The notes beneath the pieces are model-generated. The model saw only the letters and a program-made list of their open reading frames with translations, made no database searches and was not told the DNA's origin. The translations under genes were made by a program, and so were the position numbers. A DNA stretch of 64,000 bases, from contig CAWJBB010000040.1 in NCBI GenBank assembly GCA_963840855.1, positions 192,001 to 256,000 on the forward strand. Direction: 5' to 3'. Numbering within the stretch: the stretch's first letter is position 1; each line of letters opens with the position of its first letter. This document shows positions 19,106-29,045 of this stretch, piece by piece. The stretch is from an uncultured delta proteobacterium (GTDB lineage Bacteria; Desulfobacterota; Binatia; UBA9968).

Positions 19106-19924
19106 ATGCCGGGATCTTTGGTGGTTGGTTCGGCGGAGCACAAAGAACTGTTTTGTCGTTTCTTTATCGATACGCATATCACATTTGATCCTGCTGCTAT
19201 CGACTGGCCTGATCTCGACGAGGGCAGCCTCAAACTGCTTCACAGCTTGCCCGTATGGGCCGAAGCTATCGAGACCGAGCGTATGGGGACATGCACGGTT
19301 CAGAGCTGGGCGGAACTGCAGACCGACCCTTTAATACGCCAGGCAGTTGCTCTACAAGGGCAAGAAGAAGCGCGGCATGCCGCTATAATCCAAGGTTTGA
19401 CCACACGTTACGGCATAACGTTGCCTACTTTACCTCCGCCAGTACCTCCGGTCGACGCTGAATGGGACTTCCTGCGTTTTGGGTACAGCGAATGTTTCGA
19501 TGCCTTTTTCACTTTTGCGCTGTTCGCTATTGCTCGGGATTCAGGCTTGATCCCGCGGCGCTTGGTCGAGACGTTCGAGCCGGTCATACAGGAGGAGGCG
19601 CGTCACATTCTATTTTTCGTCAACTGGGAAGCCTATCACCAGGCTCGAAGTCCGTTCTGGCAACGGCCGAGGAGCCTGGGGCGTGGAGCACTGGAAAGAG
19701 TTCTACAGGCATACAAGCGCCTGAGGATTGCGCTTGGGGCACGCACGAACAAAGATTTTACCATGAAAGCGCATCAGCAGATCACTACGGAAATTACGGC
19801 GCGCCGTTTTCTCGAACTGTGCCTGGCGGAAAATGCTCTACGGTTAGATCGCTACGACGCACGTTTGATACGTCCCCGCCTGGTACCAGCCATCGCTAAA
19901 GCATTGTGCCGTTTCCTGCCGTAA
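19106..19924 (+). CDS. Ferritin-like (di-iron) domain protein
   Basis: Two EExRH motifs (QEEARHA, QEEARHI) with preceding Glu residues; start could be 19070-19106. Confidence 0.8.
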   Translation: MPGSLVVGSAEHKELFCRFFIDTHITFDPAAIDWPDLDEGSLKLLHSLPVWAEAIETERMGTCTVQSWAELQTDPLIRQAVALQGQEEARHAAIIQGLTTRYGITLPTLPPPVPPVDAEWDFLRFGYSECFDAFFTFALFAIARDSGLIPRRLVETFEPVIQEEARHILFFVNWEAYHQARSPFWQRPRSLGRGALERVLQAYKRLRIALGARTNKDFTMKAHQQITTEITARRFLELCLAENALRLDRYDARLIRPRLVPAIAKALCRFLP

Positions 19925-19958
19925 TATTCTCGGTATCGCTTCGCTGGGGGCCGCGATC

Positions 19959-21386
19959 CTAGGGGCTAGCGGGTCGAGGCTCCGGAGTTCCCGTCGCCTC
20001 AAGCACCGCCTGACGCCACTCCCGCTTGAGGGGGAGAACCGGCGGCATCGGCGACACGTCCGGCGCCTCGGTCGGCGCGGCGATCGCCTCCTTGCGGTCG
20101 GTCGCCGAACCCTTCTTCATGAACAGGTTATAGATGGTCCACTGGATCCGGCTTCGCTTTCCCCGAACCGGGAAGCGCCGAACGATGGACGACGGCGCGT
20201 AAAACGTCTCGTAGGCGAATTCTTGACCCAGCCGGAGTTCGTCTCCCGACATCTGCGCCGGTCGATAGACGACGTTTGCCTGGTCGTACTTGGTCCAATC
20301 AAAGGAGACAATCCGATTGGCCTTCTTCATTTCGTACCATGTCAAGGTGCCCGGATATGGAGTGAGGACCGAATAAGCGCAGGCGTCGTAGTTCGCGTCA
20401 ATGCAGAACTTTGCCGTTTCCTCAAATACCGTAGCATCGTCGCCATCGAACCCGAACATGAAAAGTCCGAAAACCATGATTCCATAGGAGTGTACCTTCT
20501 CAACGAGTGAAACAAATGTCTCGGGCCGGTTCACATGCTTGTGCACGCTCGTTAAGGTGGAGCGCGTGATCGACTCGAAACCGATGCTCATCAAGGTGCA
20601 GCCGCTTTCGGCGGCAAGTTCCAGCATTCGATCATCCTGCGCGAGCTTTGAGGTGACCCCAGCTTGCCAGTGAACCCCTCGACCCTTGAGCGCACGCATG
20701 ACTTCCTTCGGACGCTCGGGCGTGCCAAAGAAGTCGGAATCGTTGATCGAGATCATGCGCGAATCGCAATTATCCACTTCGCGCATCACTTCATCGATCG
20801 GACGGTAGCGGAACTTGAGCCCGTTCATCAGCGGCTCGCAGCAGAACGTGCAGCCCTGGTGGCACCCGCGAGACGTTTGCACGAACGTGCGATTGACGTA
20901 GCGGTGCTTTTTGATCAGGTCATACCGCGGCATCGGCAAACCTACCATCGGGTGCAGCTTCTCCGACTTGTAAGTGCCGCGCATCTCGCCGCGCTCGAGA
21001 TCGTCCAAGAGCTTATCGATCACAAGCTCCACTTCCCCAATCACCACCGCGTCGCAATGCTTGAGCGCTTCCTGGGCCATAAAGCTCGGGTGCACACCGC
21101 CCATAACCACAGGTACCCCGCGCGCCCGGAAAGTGTCGGCGATCTCGTAGCCGCGGTTAACGTACGCCGTCATCGCCGAGATGCCGATGAGGTCGGCCTT
21201 CAAGTCGAAATCGATGGATTCGATGTTCTCGTCGGTAAGCACCACCTCATAGCGGTCGCGCGGAATGGCACCTGCCACGGCTATTAAGCCCGCGAGGGGA
21301 GAATAAAGCGCCCGATTCAGGTAGAGTGGGCGTGTGGTCAGCGAATGAGTCTTTGGATTGATGAGATGAATTACCCGGTGACGCAT
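19959..21386 (-). CDS. B12-binding radical SAM protein
   Basis: Cobalamin-binding N-domain (GISAM, GGVHPS), SRGCHQGCTFC (CX3CX2C), GFES, TPYPGT; RBS GAGGAG before ATG 21386. Confidence 0.9.
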   Translation of the reverse strand: MRHRVIHLINPKTHSLTTRPLYLNRALYSPLAGLIAVAGAIPRDRYEVVLTDENIESIDFDLKADLIGISAMTAYVNRGYEIADTFRARGVPVVMGGVHPSFMAQEALKHCDAVVIGEVELVIDKLLDDLERGEMRGTYKSEKLHPMVGLPMPRYDLIKKHRYVNRTFVQTSRGCHQGCTFCCEPLMNGLKFRYRPIDEVMREVDNCDSRMISINDSDFFGTPERPKEVMRALKGRGVHWQAGVTSKLAQDDRMLELAAESGCTLMSIGFESITRSTLTSVHKHVNRPETFVSLVEKVHSYGIMVFGLFMFGFDGDDATVFEETAKFCIDANYDACAYSVLTPYPGTLTWYEMKKANRIVSFDWTKYDQANVVYRPAQMSGDELRLGQEFAYETFYAPSSIVRRFPVRGKRSRIQWTIYNLFMKKGSATDRKEAIAAPTEAPDVSPMPPVLPLKREWRQAVLEATGTPEPRPASP

Positions 21387-21633
21387 TTCAGTCGCTCCTC
21401 TCCGCGCTCGCGTCAGCAAATGCCGCCGCGGCGCCCTTGGATACACAAGAATGATAGAAAGTTGTTTTTTTAGAGCTCAACGTGGATCGCTGAAAACGGG
21501 CTGCATCAGCCGCGTGTAATCCAGCTAGCCCGATAGCGAATCCGACAAAGGTGAACCGTCCCTCAATGTCCATTTCGAGGCGTACAGTATTCGATACCGA
21601 TGCATGATGTCAACTTAGCCGTCGCTTCTGGAA

Positions 21634-21675
21634 AGGGCTGGACAACTACGCCCCGATTGCGGTAAGAGGCTTTAA
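21634..21675 (+). promoter_or_regulatory. Conserved ~44-bp motif, copy 3 (upstream of ispA-sqs-shc-hpnG)
   Basis: AGGGCTGGACAACTACGCCCCGATTGCGGTAAGAGGCTTTAA. Confidence 0.8.
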
Positions 21676-21815
21676 GTTAGCTGGTTGACGGAAGTCTTTT
21701 TTTAATGACTTCCGGCTGGTCAATGAGGCTGATGCTGTCGATTCGCTGGCATTTGGGACAGCTAAACATTTCGACACGGGAAGACTTCGAATAAAAGAAC
21801 TGGTATCAAAGCAGC

Positions 21816-22700
21816 ATGGCTCGCAACGCTTTCGACGTCAAACGATATTTGCTCGAGAATAAGTTGTTCATTGACCGTGCTTTGCCGCATTACCTCGAAA
21901 CAGACCACAACCCGTCTGTCCTTCATCAAGCCGTCTGTTATAGCGTTTTAGATGGCGGCAAAAGATTCCGTCCGATATTGACTCTTGCGGTTGGGGAATT
22001 GTTCGGCGCCAAACGGAGAGTCTTGTTGCCGTTTGCCTGCGCCATTGAGTTGATTCATTGCTATTCACTGATCCATGATGACCTACCGGCATTGGATAAT
22101 GACGATCTGCGGCGAGGAAAACCATCGTGCCACAAACGGTTTGGGGAAGCGTTAGCCCTTTTGGCCGGCGATGCATTGCTCACTGAGGCTTTCTTCATCA
22201 TGTCGGACCCGCGGGCGGCGCGGCTCTTAGGTGCTCCGCTGATTTCAAAGCTGATTCGGGAGATCTCCGACGCCGCCAGCATTAGAGGAATGATTGGCGG
22301 ACAAAGTAGGGAGCTCGAATTGGTCAAGCACAAGGTCACGCCGGCTGTTCTCGAGGGTCTTGATCGTTTGAAGACCGGTGCCTTGATCAAGACAGCGGCC
22401 CGTGTCGGAGCGATGATCGGCGGCGCAACCCGTAAAGATCTCGACCGGGTGACGCGATACGCACAATCTTTGGGCTTAGCGTTCCAGATCACAGATGACA
22501 TTTTGGATGCCCACGAAGTTTCGAGCGACAACTCGAATCATAAAGGGATAGCAAATTACGTATCCGTAGCTGGGCCGGCAACGGCTAGTGAACGTGTTAA
22601 AGCCCTTTTAACGGCGTGCTTGAGAGAAATGGAGCCTTACGGCAGAGCAGCGGAACCCTTGCGAGAAATTGCCCGCTACGTGGCTCAAAGAACAGAGTAG
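21816..22700 (+). CDS. ispA: Short-chain polyprenyl (farnesyl) diphosphate synthase
   Basis: GGKRFRP, YSLIHDDLPALDNDDLRRG (FARM), KTGAL, FQITDDILD (SARM). Confidence 0.88.
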   Translation: MARNAFDVKRYLLENKLFIDRALPHYLETDHNPSVLHQAVCYSVLDGGKRFRPILTLAVGELFGAKRRVLLPFACAIELIHCYSLIHDDLPALDNDDLRRGKPSCHKRFGEALALLAGDALLTEAFFIMSDPRAARLLGAPLISKLIREISDAASIRGMIGGQSRELELVKHKVTPAVLEGLDRLKTGALIKTAARVGAMIGGATRKDLDRVTRYAQSLGLAFQITDDILDAHEVSSDNSNHKGIANYVSVAGPATASERVKALLTACLREMEPYGRAAEPLREIARYVAQRTE

Positions 22701-22875
22701 CCTAGTGGAGCCCGGTAAATCCCGGTTAAGGGAATTGGCAGGCAAAATGAGGATAAAAGAGCTGGACATGTGTTCCGGATCGACGTAATGAAGAGTGTGG
22801 CCGAACGGATAAACGGCACTCAAGAGATCCAACATAAAGTTGCCAGACGTAGCCCCATGAAAAGGAGGATGAAGC

Positions 22876-24018
22876 ATGCTGCCTTTTAGAAACGAAAGCG
22901 CCATGTCTAAACTCACCTCGCCTCCTAGCTCAGATCTGGCACCGCGGAAATTATGGCTCAGCGTTGATGATTTTCAATCGGAGATGTTAGAGGCGGTCTC
23001 CCGCACATTTGCCCTAACCATTCCGCAGCTTCCGGCAGCGCTTTGTCGTGTCGTCTCCAACGCCTATCTCCTTTGTCGCATTGTCGACACTATCGAGGAC
23101 GAGCCGGCTCTAACTGGCGCGCGAAAAAACTATTTTTGCGAGCAGTTTTTGAGAACCTTAAACGTTCCGAGAAACGCCGAAACGTTTTCCCGCCAACTAT
23201 GCGCGTCGCTCTCGAGCCAAACACCGCCCGCTGAACACGAGCTGATCCGCAATGTGTCTCGTGTGGTTCGAATCACCCGCAGCTTCTCCGAGCCACAGCG
23301 TGAAGCGCTGCAGCGGTGTGTCAGCGCCATGGCTAAGGGTATGGGACAATTCCAGCTGCGCGGCGAGAAGCAGGGACTGCAAAGCTTGGAGGACCTTGAT
23401 CAATACTGCTACTATGTCGCAGGCGTTGTGGGGCAAATGCTGACTAATCTGTTTTGTCTGCACTCGCCGGAAATCGCGCAAAATCGCAAGGCTCTGATGG
23501 CTTTGGCGGTTTCCTTCGGCCAGGGGCTGCAGATGACGAACATCCTTAAAGATGTGTGGGAAGATTATCAGCGTGGCGCCTGTTGGTTGCCCCGGAAGAT
23601 CTTTGCTGAAGAAGGCTTCGATCTCAACGACTTAACCACAGGGCGAAATCGACAAGGGTTCGACCGCGGAGTTCGGCGCCTTATTGGCATCGCGCATGGA
23701 CACCTGAAAAACGCCCTATCTTATTCCTTACTTATCCCCAAGGAGGAGACTGGGATTCGCAACTTCTGTCTTTGGGCAATCGGGCTGGCCCTGTTAACGC
23801 TCCGCAAGATCAACAAGCATCTTTACTACACGGACGGAAGTCAGGTTAAGATATCGCGGTCGAGCGTTAAGGGGACTATCCTGGCTACACGGCTAACGGT
23901 ACAAAACGATCGTCTGCTAAAGCTTCTCTTCTCTATCGCTGCGCGCGGATTGCCTTCAGCATTCGCCAACGGGTCTCCGGTGGGAACAAGCGAAAGTAAA
24001 GCAGATATGGCACCGTGA
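22876..24018 (+). CDS. Squalene synthase, one-step FPP farnesyltransferase type
   Basis: VSRTFAL, RIVDTIEDE, YCYYVAGVVG, LQMTNILKDVWED; directly upstream of shc. Confidence 0.85.
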   Translation: MLPFRNESAMSKLTSPPSSDLAPRKLWLSVDDFQSEMLEAVSRTFALTIPQLPAALCRVVSNAYLLCRIVDTIEDEPALTGARKNYFCEQFLRTLNVPRNAETFSRQLCASLSSQTPPAEHELIRNVSRVVRITRSFSEPQREALQRCVSAMAKGMGQFQLRGEKQGLQSLEDLDQYCYYVAGVVGQMLTNLFCLHSPEIAQNRKALMALAVSFGQGLQMTNILKDVWEDYQRGACWLPRKIFAEEGFDLNDLTTGRNRQGFDRGVRRLIGIAHGHLKNALSYSLLIPKEETGIRNFCLWAIGLALLTLRKINKHLYYTDGSQVKISRSSVKGTILATRLTVQNDRLLKLLFSIAARGLPSAFANGSPVGTSESKADMAP

Positions 24019-24043
24019 AAAAACCGGACGATTTTTCCCTTGT

Positions 24044-26002
24044 ATGCGGGACGGCGCCACCGAAACCGATCACCAGCACAACCGAGAAAGTAAGATAAGT
24101 CCTACAGACGAGCTGCCGTTGTCTCAACTGGAGCGCGCCATTCAACGTGCCACGAAAGCGCTGCTCGGCCTGCAACACCCAGACGGGTATTGGTGTTTCG
24201 AGCTAGAGGCCGATTGTACCATTCCAGCCGAATATGTCTTGATGATGCACTATCAGGGCGAGGTCGACGAGCCACTGGAGAGAAAACTTGCCACCTACCT
24301 ACGCGCACGCCAAGGGGAGGACGGCGGTTGGCCTCTTTATTACGGCGGTCCCGCTGAGATTAGTTGCTCGGTCAAAGCCTACTACGCGTTGAAGCTCGCC
24401 GGTGATCCCCCCGAGGCACCCCATATGGCCAAAGCTAAGCAGACCATCCTGCGCCTGGGCGGGGCCTCCCGGGCCAATGTGTTTACTCGAATCACGCTTG
24501 CAATTTTTGGCCAGCTACCTTGGCGTGCCGTACCGTTTTTGCCGGTGGAATGCCTGTTACTGCCCCATTGGTTTCCTTTTCACATCTCCAAGGTCTCTTA
24601 TTGGTCACGAACCGTCATGGTGCCGCTCTTCGTCCTCTACACATCTAAGGCGCATGCTCGAAATCCCAGGCAGGTCTCGATCAAGGAACTCTTCATCACG
24701 GACCCCTGGCAAGAAACGAACTATTTTCCAGTTCATTCAGCCCTGAATCGCGCCCTCCTCATGCTGGATCGGCTGGGACTAAAATTCTATCCGTGGAGTC
24801 CGCAAGGTCTGCGCCGCCGCGCCATAAAAAAGGCCGAAGCTTGGATACTCGAGCGGCTCAACGGCGAAGGTGGTTTGGGCGCCATCTTTCCGGCCATGGT
24901 CAATGCTTATGAAGCGCTGGATTTGCTCGGCTATCCCGCTAACCATCCGCTGCGCGTAATCGAACGATCGGCAATCCAGGATCTCCTGGTGATCAACGAG
25001 CACAGCGCATATTGTCAGCCTTGTGTATCACCTGTGTGGGATACCGCATGGGCCTGTATCGCACTCCAGCAGATCGGTGACGAGCAAAGCCAAACGGCGA
25101 TCAAGAGAGCCTTTCATTGGCTGAATCGAAGACAACTACTGGAAGAGCCCCAGGACTGGAGCTTCAATAGGCCCAAAGTCCGGGGCGGTGGTTGGGCCTT
25201 TCAGTTCAAAAATTCTCACTATCCCGATCTGGACGACACGGCAGCGGTCGCTTATGCGATGCACAAGAGCGGCGACAAAACTTTTGACAAAACGGTGCAA
25301 CGAGCAGCCGAATGGATTTGTGGAATGCAGTCGAGAAACGGGGGCTTCGCCTCATTTGATGCCGACAACGATCACACCTATTTAAACGAAATCCCTTTCG
25401 CCGATCACGGCGCTCTGCTCGACCCGCCCACCGAGGACGTGAGCGGACGTTGTGTGATGTTGCTTACGCAAATGGTGACTTCACCGCAATGCAAGGCCGT
25501 TGAAAAAAAGTGCCTGGACTACCTCTTCCGTTCTCAAGAGCCGGACGGTCCATGGTACGGCAGGTGGGGGACAAATTACATCTATGGCACTTGGTCTGTC
25601 CTTATGGGGTTGGAAGAGGCAGGCATAGGGAAAGAACACGACGCGGTGCGACGTGGCGCTGCTTGGCTCAAGAATGTCCAGCGTGCCGATGGTGGCTGGG
25701 GCGAAGGATGCGACACTTATTTTGAGCCGTCCAAACGGGGCCAGGGAGAGCGCAGCACCTCTTTTCATACCGCATGGGCTTTGCTGGGCTTGATGAGCAG
25801 CGGCGAGGTCGATTCGCATTCAGTTCGTCGCGGCATCGACTTCCTCCTGCGCACACAGCAGCCGAATGGTTTTTGGAGCGATCCCGAGTTCAATGCCCCC
25901 GGTTTTCCGCGCGTCTTTTATTTAAAGTATCACGGTTATGACAAATACTTTCCCTTGCTGGCGTTGGCACGCTATCGGAACTTGATGGCGGCGGAACATT
26001 AA
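24044..26002 (+). CDS. shc: Squalene-hopene cyclase
   Basis: Catalytic DLDDTA, QW repeats, WYGRWGTNYIYGTW, GFPRVFYLKYHGY. Confidence 0.96.
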   Translation: MRDGATETDHQHNRESKISPTDELPLSQLERAIQRATKALLGLQHPDGYWCFELEADCTIPAEYVLMMHYQGEVDEPLERKLATYLRARQGEDGGWPLYYGGPAEISCSVKAYYALKLAGDPPEAPHMAKAKQTILRLGGASRANVFTRITLAIFGQLPWRAVPFLPVECLLLPHWFPFHISKVSYWSRTVMVPLFVLYTSKAHARNPRQVSIKELFITDPWQETNYFPVHSALNRALLMLDRLGLKFYPWSPQGLRRRAIKKAEAWILERLNGEGGLGAIFPAMVNAYEALDLLGYPANHPLRVIERSAIQDLLVINEHSAYCQPCVSPVWDTAWACIALQQIGDEQSQTAIKRAFHWLNRRQLLEEPQDWSFNRPKVRGGGWAFQFKNSHYPDLDDTAAVAYAMHKSGDKTFDKTVQRAAEWICGMQSRNGGFASFDADNDHTYLNEIPFADHGALLDPPTEDVSGRCVMLLTQMVTSPQCKAVEKKCLDYLFRSQEPDGPWYGRWGTNYIYGTWSVLMGLEEAGIGKEHDAVRRGAAWLKNVQRADGGWGEGCDTYFEPSKRGQGERSTSFHTAWALLGLMSSGEVDSHSVRRGIDFLLRTQQPNGFWSDPEFNAPGFPRVFYLKYHGYDKYFPLLALARYRNLMAAEH

Positions 26003-26703
26003 TGCTGGGAATCGTTGTTTCTCTGCCTCGAGAATTAAAAGGTCTAACTCGTCAAACCATTTCAGTGGGTGCGTGGAAGGCGATCACGGATAACACATTG
26101 GTTGCCCTCTCGGGGATGGGAGCAGAGCGCGCATACAGAGCGGGGGCGGTTTTGGTTTCGCAGGGAGCAAAAGCTCTACTGAGCTGGGGTTGTGCGGCGG
26201 GGCTGGACGACCGCATCAGCCCGGGATGCCTCATCATTCCCGAGCGCATTATCGGCGCAAGCGGTGAAATTCATAAGGTCAACACGGAATGGCATCAACG
26301 TCTGTATAAAACCTTAGAGCGCAAGCACTCAGTTCACACGGAGGCCCTGGTCGAAAGCGATGCCATTATGAAAACTGCAGTGGAAAAACGGGCGCTGGCC
26401 AAACGGACGCAAGCGGCAGCGACGGACATGGAAAGCGCAGCACAAGCGCGGCTCGCCCAAGAGCACGGACTTCCCTTTCTGGCGATCCGCGCCATTGTCG
26501 ACACGGTCTCAACCGATATTCCAGAAAACGTCCTAAAGGCGCTGGATCCGCAAGGCAATATCCGCGTCTGGAAACTTCTCGCCAGCAGCTATCTCGCGCC
26601 AGCGGATTGGATGAAGATCGTACAACTCGGCATCCAGTTTAGCGCGGCTCGAAGAACCCTCAAGAAGACGAGAAAGCTTGTACTGGATGCATCACAGTTC
26701 TGA
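26002..26703 (+). CDS. hpnG: Hopanoid-associated nucleosidase/phosphorylase HpnG
   Basis: SGMG, LLSWGCAAGL, DMESAA; start overlaps the shc stop. Confidence 0.82.
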   Translation: MLGIVVSLPRELKGLTRQTISVGAWKAITDNTLVALSGMGAERAYRAGAVLVSQGAKALLSWGCAAGLDDRISPGCLIIPERIIGASGEIHKVNTEWHQRLYKTLERKHSVHTEALVESDAIMKTAVEKRALAKRTQAAATDMESAAQARLAQEHGLPFLAIRAIVDTVSTDIPENVLKALDPQGNIRVWKLLASSYLAPADWMKIVQLGIQFSAARRTLKKTRKLVLDASQF

Positions 26704-27867
26704 CCTACTCTGCTTGCTTTTAGAAAATTTGATCGAACTATCTTGGCGTTGATAGATTCTTCCCTTCCAACGGGTGCGTTCGCCCCGCCAGTAGCGGATG
26801 GCGGATGTCCAAGTCATGGCGAGAAACAGCGCAGCAATCAGAGGCAGGCTGAGCGCCCATGTCAACGATCGATGATAAAATCGGAGTATGGGTACGTAAG
26901 TCAGGAACATGATAACGAACGAACCTACCGAGAGAGAGCGGATTAGATTGTTTGAGGAGACAACCGCGATGACAGGAACCTGATACACCAGGAGCATCAC
27001 CAAAGTGCATAGCACCAGCAACCCCACTGAGTGGTGGAGCTGGGCAAACGCCGTGCGCGCTACCATGTCCCATATTTCTTGCAGCCGTTGAGGGCTGCGG
27101 CCGCTCTTCACGGAATGCGTCAATCCCAACCAAATTCCAAACCCCTGCGACTTGACTCGCCGAGCTAATGTACAATCGTCGATGACGGCCGACTTGATGG
27201 ACTCAAACCCACTGATGTGACTCAGCAGACGGCTCTCCACAAGGATACATCCACCCGCAGCCGCCGCTACACTCGCATGACGTGAGTTCACCCGTTGGAA
27301 CGGATAGAGGACCTTGAAGAAGTAAACAAAGGCAGGCATCAGCAGTTTCTCCCAGCCACCTGACATCGACGGCACGGCCATGAGCGAGACGAAAGGAACG
27401 CCTTGCTGATCCATCTTTTCTCTAAGAGCCTTGACCATACCTCGGGCCAGCCGGATGTCTGCGTCTAGCAGTAACGTATACGGAGTCGTGACACGTTGTC
27501 GGCCTTGTTCGAGGGCCCAAAGCTTGCCGCTCCAGCCGGCCGGAAGCGGCGAGCTCTGGATAATGCGAAGATTTGAAATCCGCATTTGACGGGCCTTCTC
27601 AACGGTCACATCCTCAGAATTGTCATCGATTAAGACAATCCTTAAGCCCGGCCCCTGCTCGACGATCGAACGCAGGGTTTGCTGAATAACTTCGGCTTCA
27701 TTGCGAGCCGGGATCACTACCGTAATTTCTCTAAGAACCTCCTCGCCGTCGCCTGTGTCCATCACATCAAGGACTTCTCGATTAGACCAAGGCCGCCAGG
27801 GCATTAAAGCGAAGACCACCCACGACAGAGTCGAGAGCGCAACGAGAAACACGTAAATTGATTCCAT
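26692..27867 (-). CDS. hpnB: Hopene-associated GT2 glycosyltransferase HpnB
   Basis: IPARNE, GWSGKLWALEQG, DADI, AAAGGC, IDDCTLA, IWDMVARTAFAQL, WKGR. Confidence 0.85.
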   Translation of the reverse strand: MESIYVFLVALSTLSWVVFALMPWRPWSNREVLDVMDTGDGEEVLREITVVIPARNEAEVIQQTLRSIVEQGPGLRIVLIDDNSEDVTVEKARQMRISNLRIIQSSPLPAGWSGKLWALEQGRQRVTTPYTLLLDADIRLARGMVKALREKMDQQGVPFVSLMAVPSMSGGWEKLLMPAFVYFFKVLYPFQRVNSRHASVAAAAGGCILVESRLLSHISGFESIKSAVIDDCTLARRVKSQGFGIWLGLTHSVKSGRSPQRLQEIWDMVARTAFAQLHHSVGLLVLCTLVMLLVYQVPVIAVVSSNNLIRSLSVGSFVIMFLTYVPILRFYHRSLTWALSLPLIAALFLAMTWTSAIRYWRGERTRWKGRIYQRQDSSIKFSKSKQSRSEL

Positions 27868-27964
27868 TGAAAGCTAGGGCTAGAAGACGTTTCTAACTTT
27901 GGTGAAAATTTAATATAGAGAAGAATATCGAACTCAAGAGCGGAAGCCAAAGGAACAGAAAGCG

Positions 27965-28984
27965 ATGACGACTTTAGTGACCGGGGCGACGGGTTTTGTG
28001 GGCGCGGCCGTGCTGCGTTGTCTCGCAGAAGCCGGTCACAATGTCCGGGCGTTGGTCCGTCCAACCAGCGACCGTCTCAATTTATCCGGTGTTGACTGTC
28101 AGATTGTCACCGGTGATCTTACCGAGCCAGAGTCGCTGAAGCGTGCCGTGCGAAATTGCGAGGCAGTGTTTCACGTTGCCGCAGACTATCGTATCTGGGT
28201 TCCTGATCGAGAGAAAATGAATCGGGTCAATGTCCAAGGCACCATTGACTTGATCTTGGCTGCGGCGGCAGCGGGTGTGTCGCGCATCGTCTACACATCG
28301 AGCGTCGCAACCCTCCGCTTAAGAGATGATGGTTTGCCGGCCGATGAAGAATCACAGGCTGAGCTGTCCGACATGATCGGAGCTTACAAGCAGTCGAAGT
28401 TTCTAGCCGAACGAGAGGTAAAACGCTTGGTGGCCGATGCGGGGATCCCCGTGATCATTGTCCAGCCCACGGCACCTTTCGGGCCCGGTGATGTCAAGCC
28501 GACCCCGACTGGACGATTCGTTGTCGAAGCTGGCGCAGGCCGGATGCCGGCCTATGTGAATACCGGGCTCAATGTGGTCCACGTGGACGATGTAGCGGAT
28601 GGTCACTTACTGGCCTACGAAAAAGGGGCCATCGGTGAAAGCTATATTCTTGGCGGCGAAAATAGGACCCTCCAATGGATTCTGGAAACGGTGGCCGAAC
28701 TTACCGGGCAACGGCCGCCGCGAATTCGTCTGCCGCATTGGTTCCTCACACCCATAGCCTACGTTTGGGAAGGGGTGACGCGCATTAGAGGCTCCGGCGA
28801 ACCGATGATGACAGTAGACAGTGTTCGAATGTCCCGCAAGCTCATGTACTTCTCCACCGAGAAAGCGCGGCGCGAGCTCGGCTACTCTCCACGGCCTGCC
28901 GTCGAGGCTCTGCGCGACGAGATCGAATGGTTCTACAAACACGGCTACCTTGCGAGGAATAGGGTCAAAAAATATCCCGCTTGA
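27965..28984 (+). CDS. hpnA: Hopanoid-associated NAD-dependent epimerase/dehydratase HpnA
   Basis: TGATGFVG, HVAADYR, YKQSK, GPGDVKPTPTG. Confidence 0.9.
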   Translation: MTTLVTGATGFVGAAVLRCLAEAGHNVRALVRPTSDRLNLSGVDCQIVTGDLTEPESLKRAVRNCEAVFHVAADYRIWVPDREKMNRVNVQGTIDLILAAAAAGVSRIVYTSSVATLRLRDDGLPADEESQAELSDMIGAYKQSKFLAEREVKRLVADAGIPVIIVQPTAPFGPGDVKPTPTGRFVVEAGAGRMPAYVNTGLNVVHVDDVADGHLLAYEKGAIGESYILGGENRTLQWILETVAELTGQRPPRIRLPHWFLTPIAYVWEGVTRIRGSGEPMMTVDSVRMSRKLMYFSTEKARRELGYSPRPAVEALRDEIEWFYKHGYLARNRVKKYPA

Positions 28985-29045
28985 CCGAGTCCGGTACGGA
29001 CGGAGTCATCTGAACACCTTGCGTTATTGCTCACCCTGTGAAAAG

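Noticed and set aside
19959-21386. Naming the B12 radical SAM gene hpnP, hpnR or hpnJ
   Set aside because: Only class-level motifs are recognisable; an HMM or tree is needed
21388-21573. 61-aa ORF upstream of the radical SAM gene
   Set aside because: No recognisable motif or clear RBS; cannot be supported
27876-27913. AGGGCTAGA… in the hpnB/hpnA gap as a further copy of the motif
   Set aside because: Only the first few bases match and the TTGCG-TAAGAGGC half is absent
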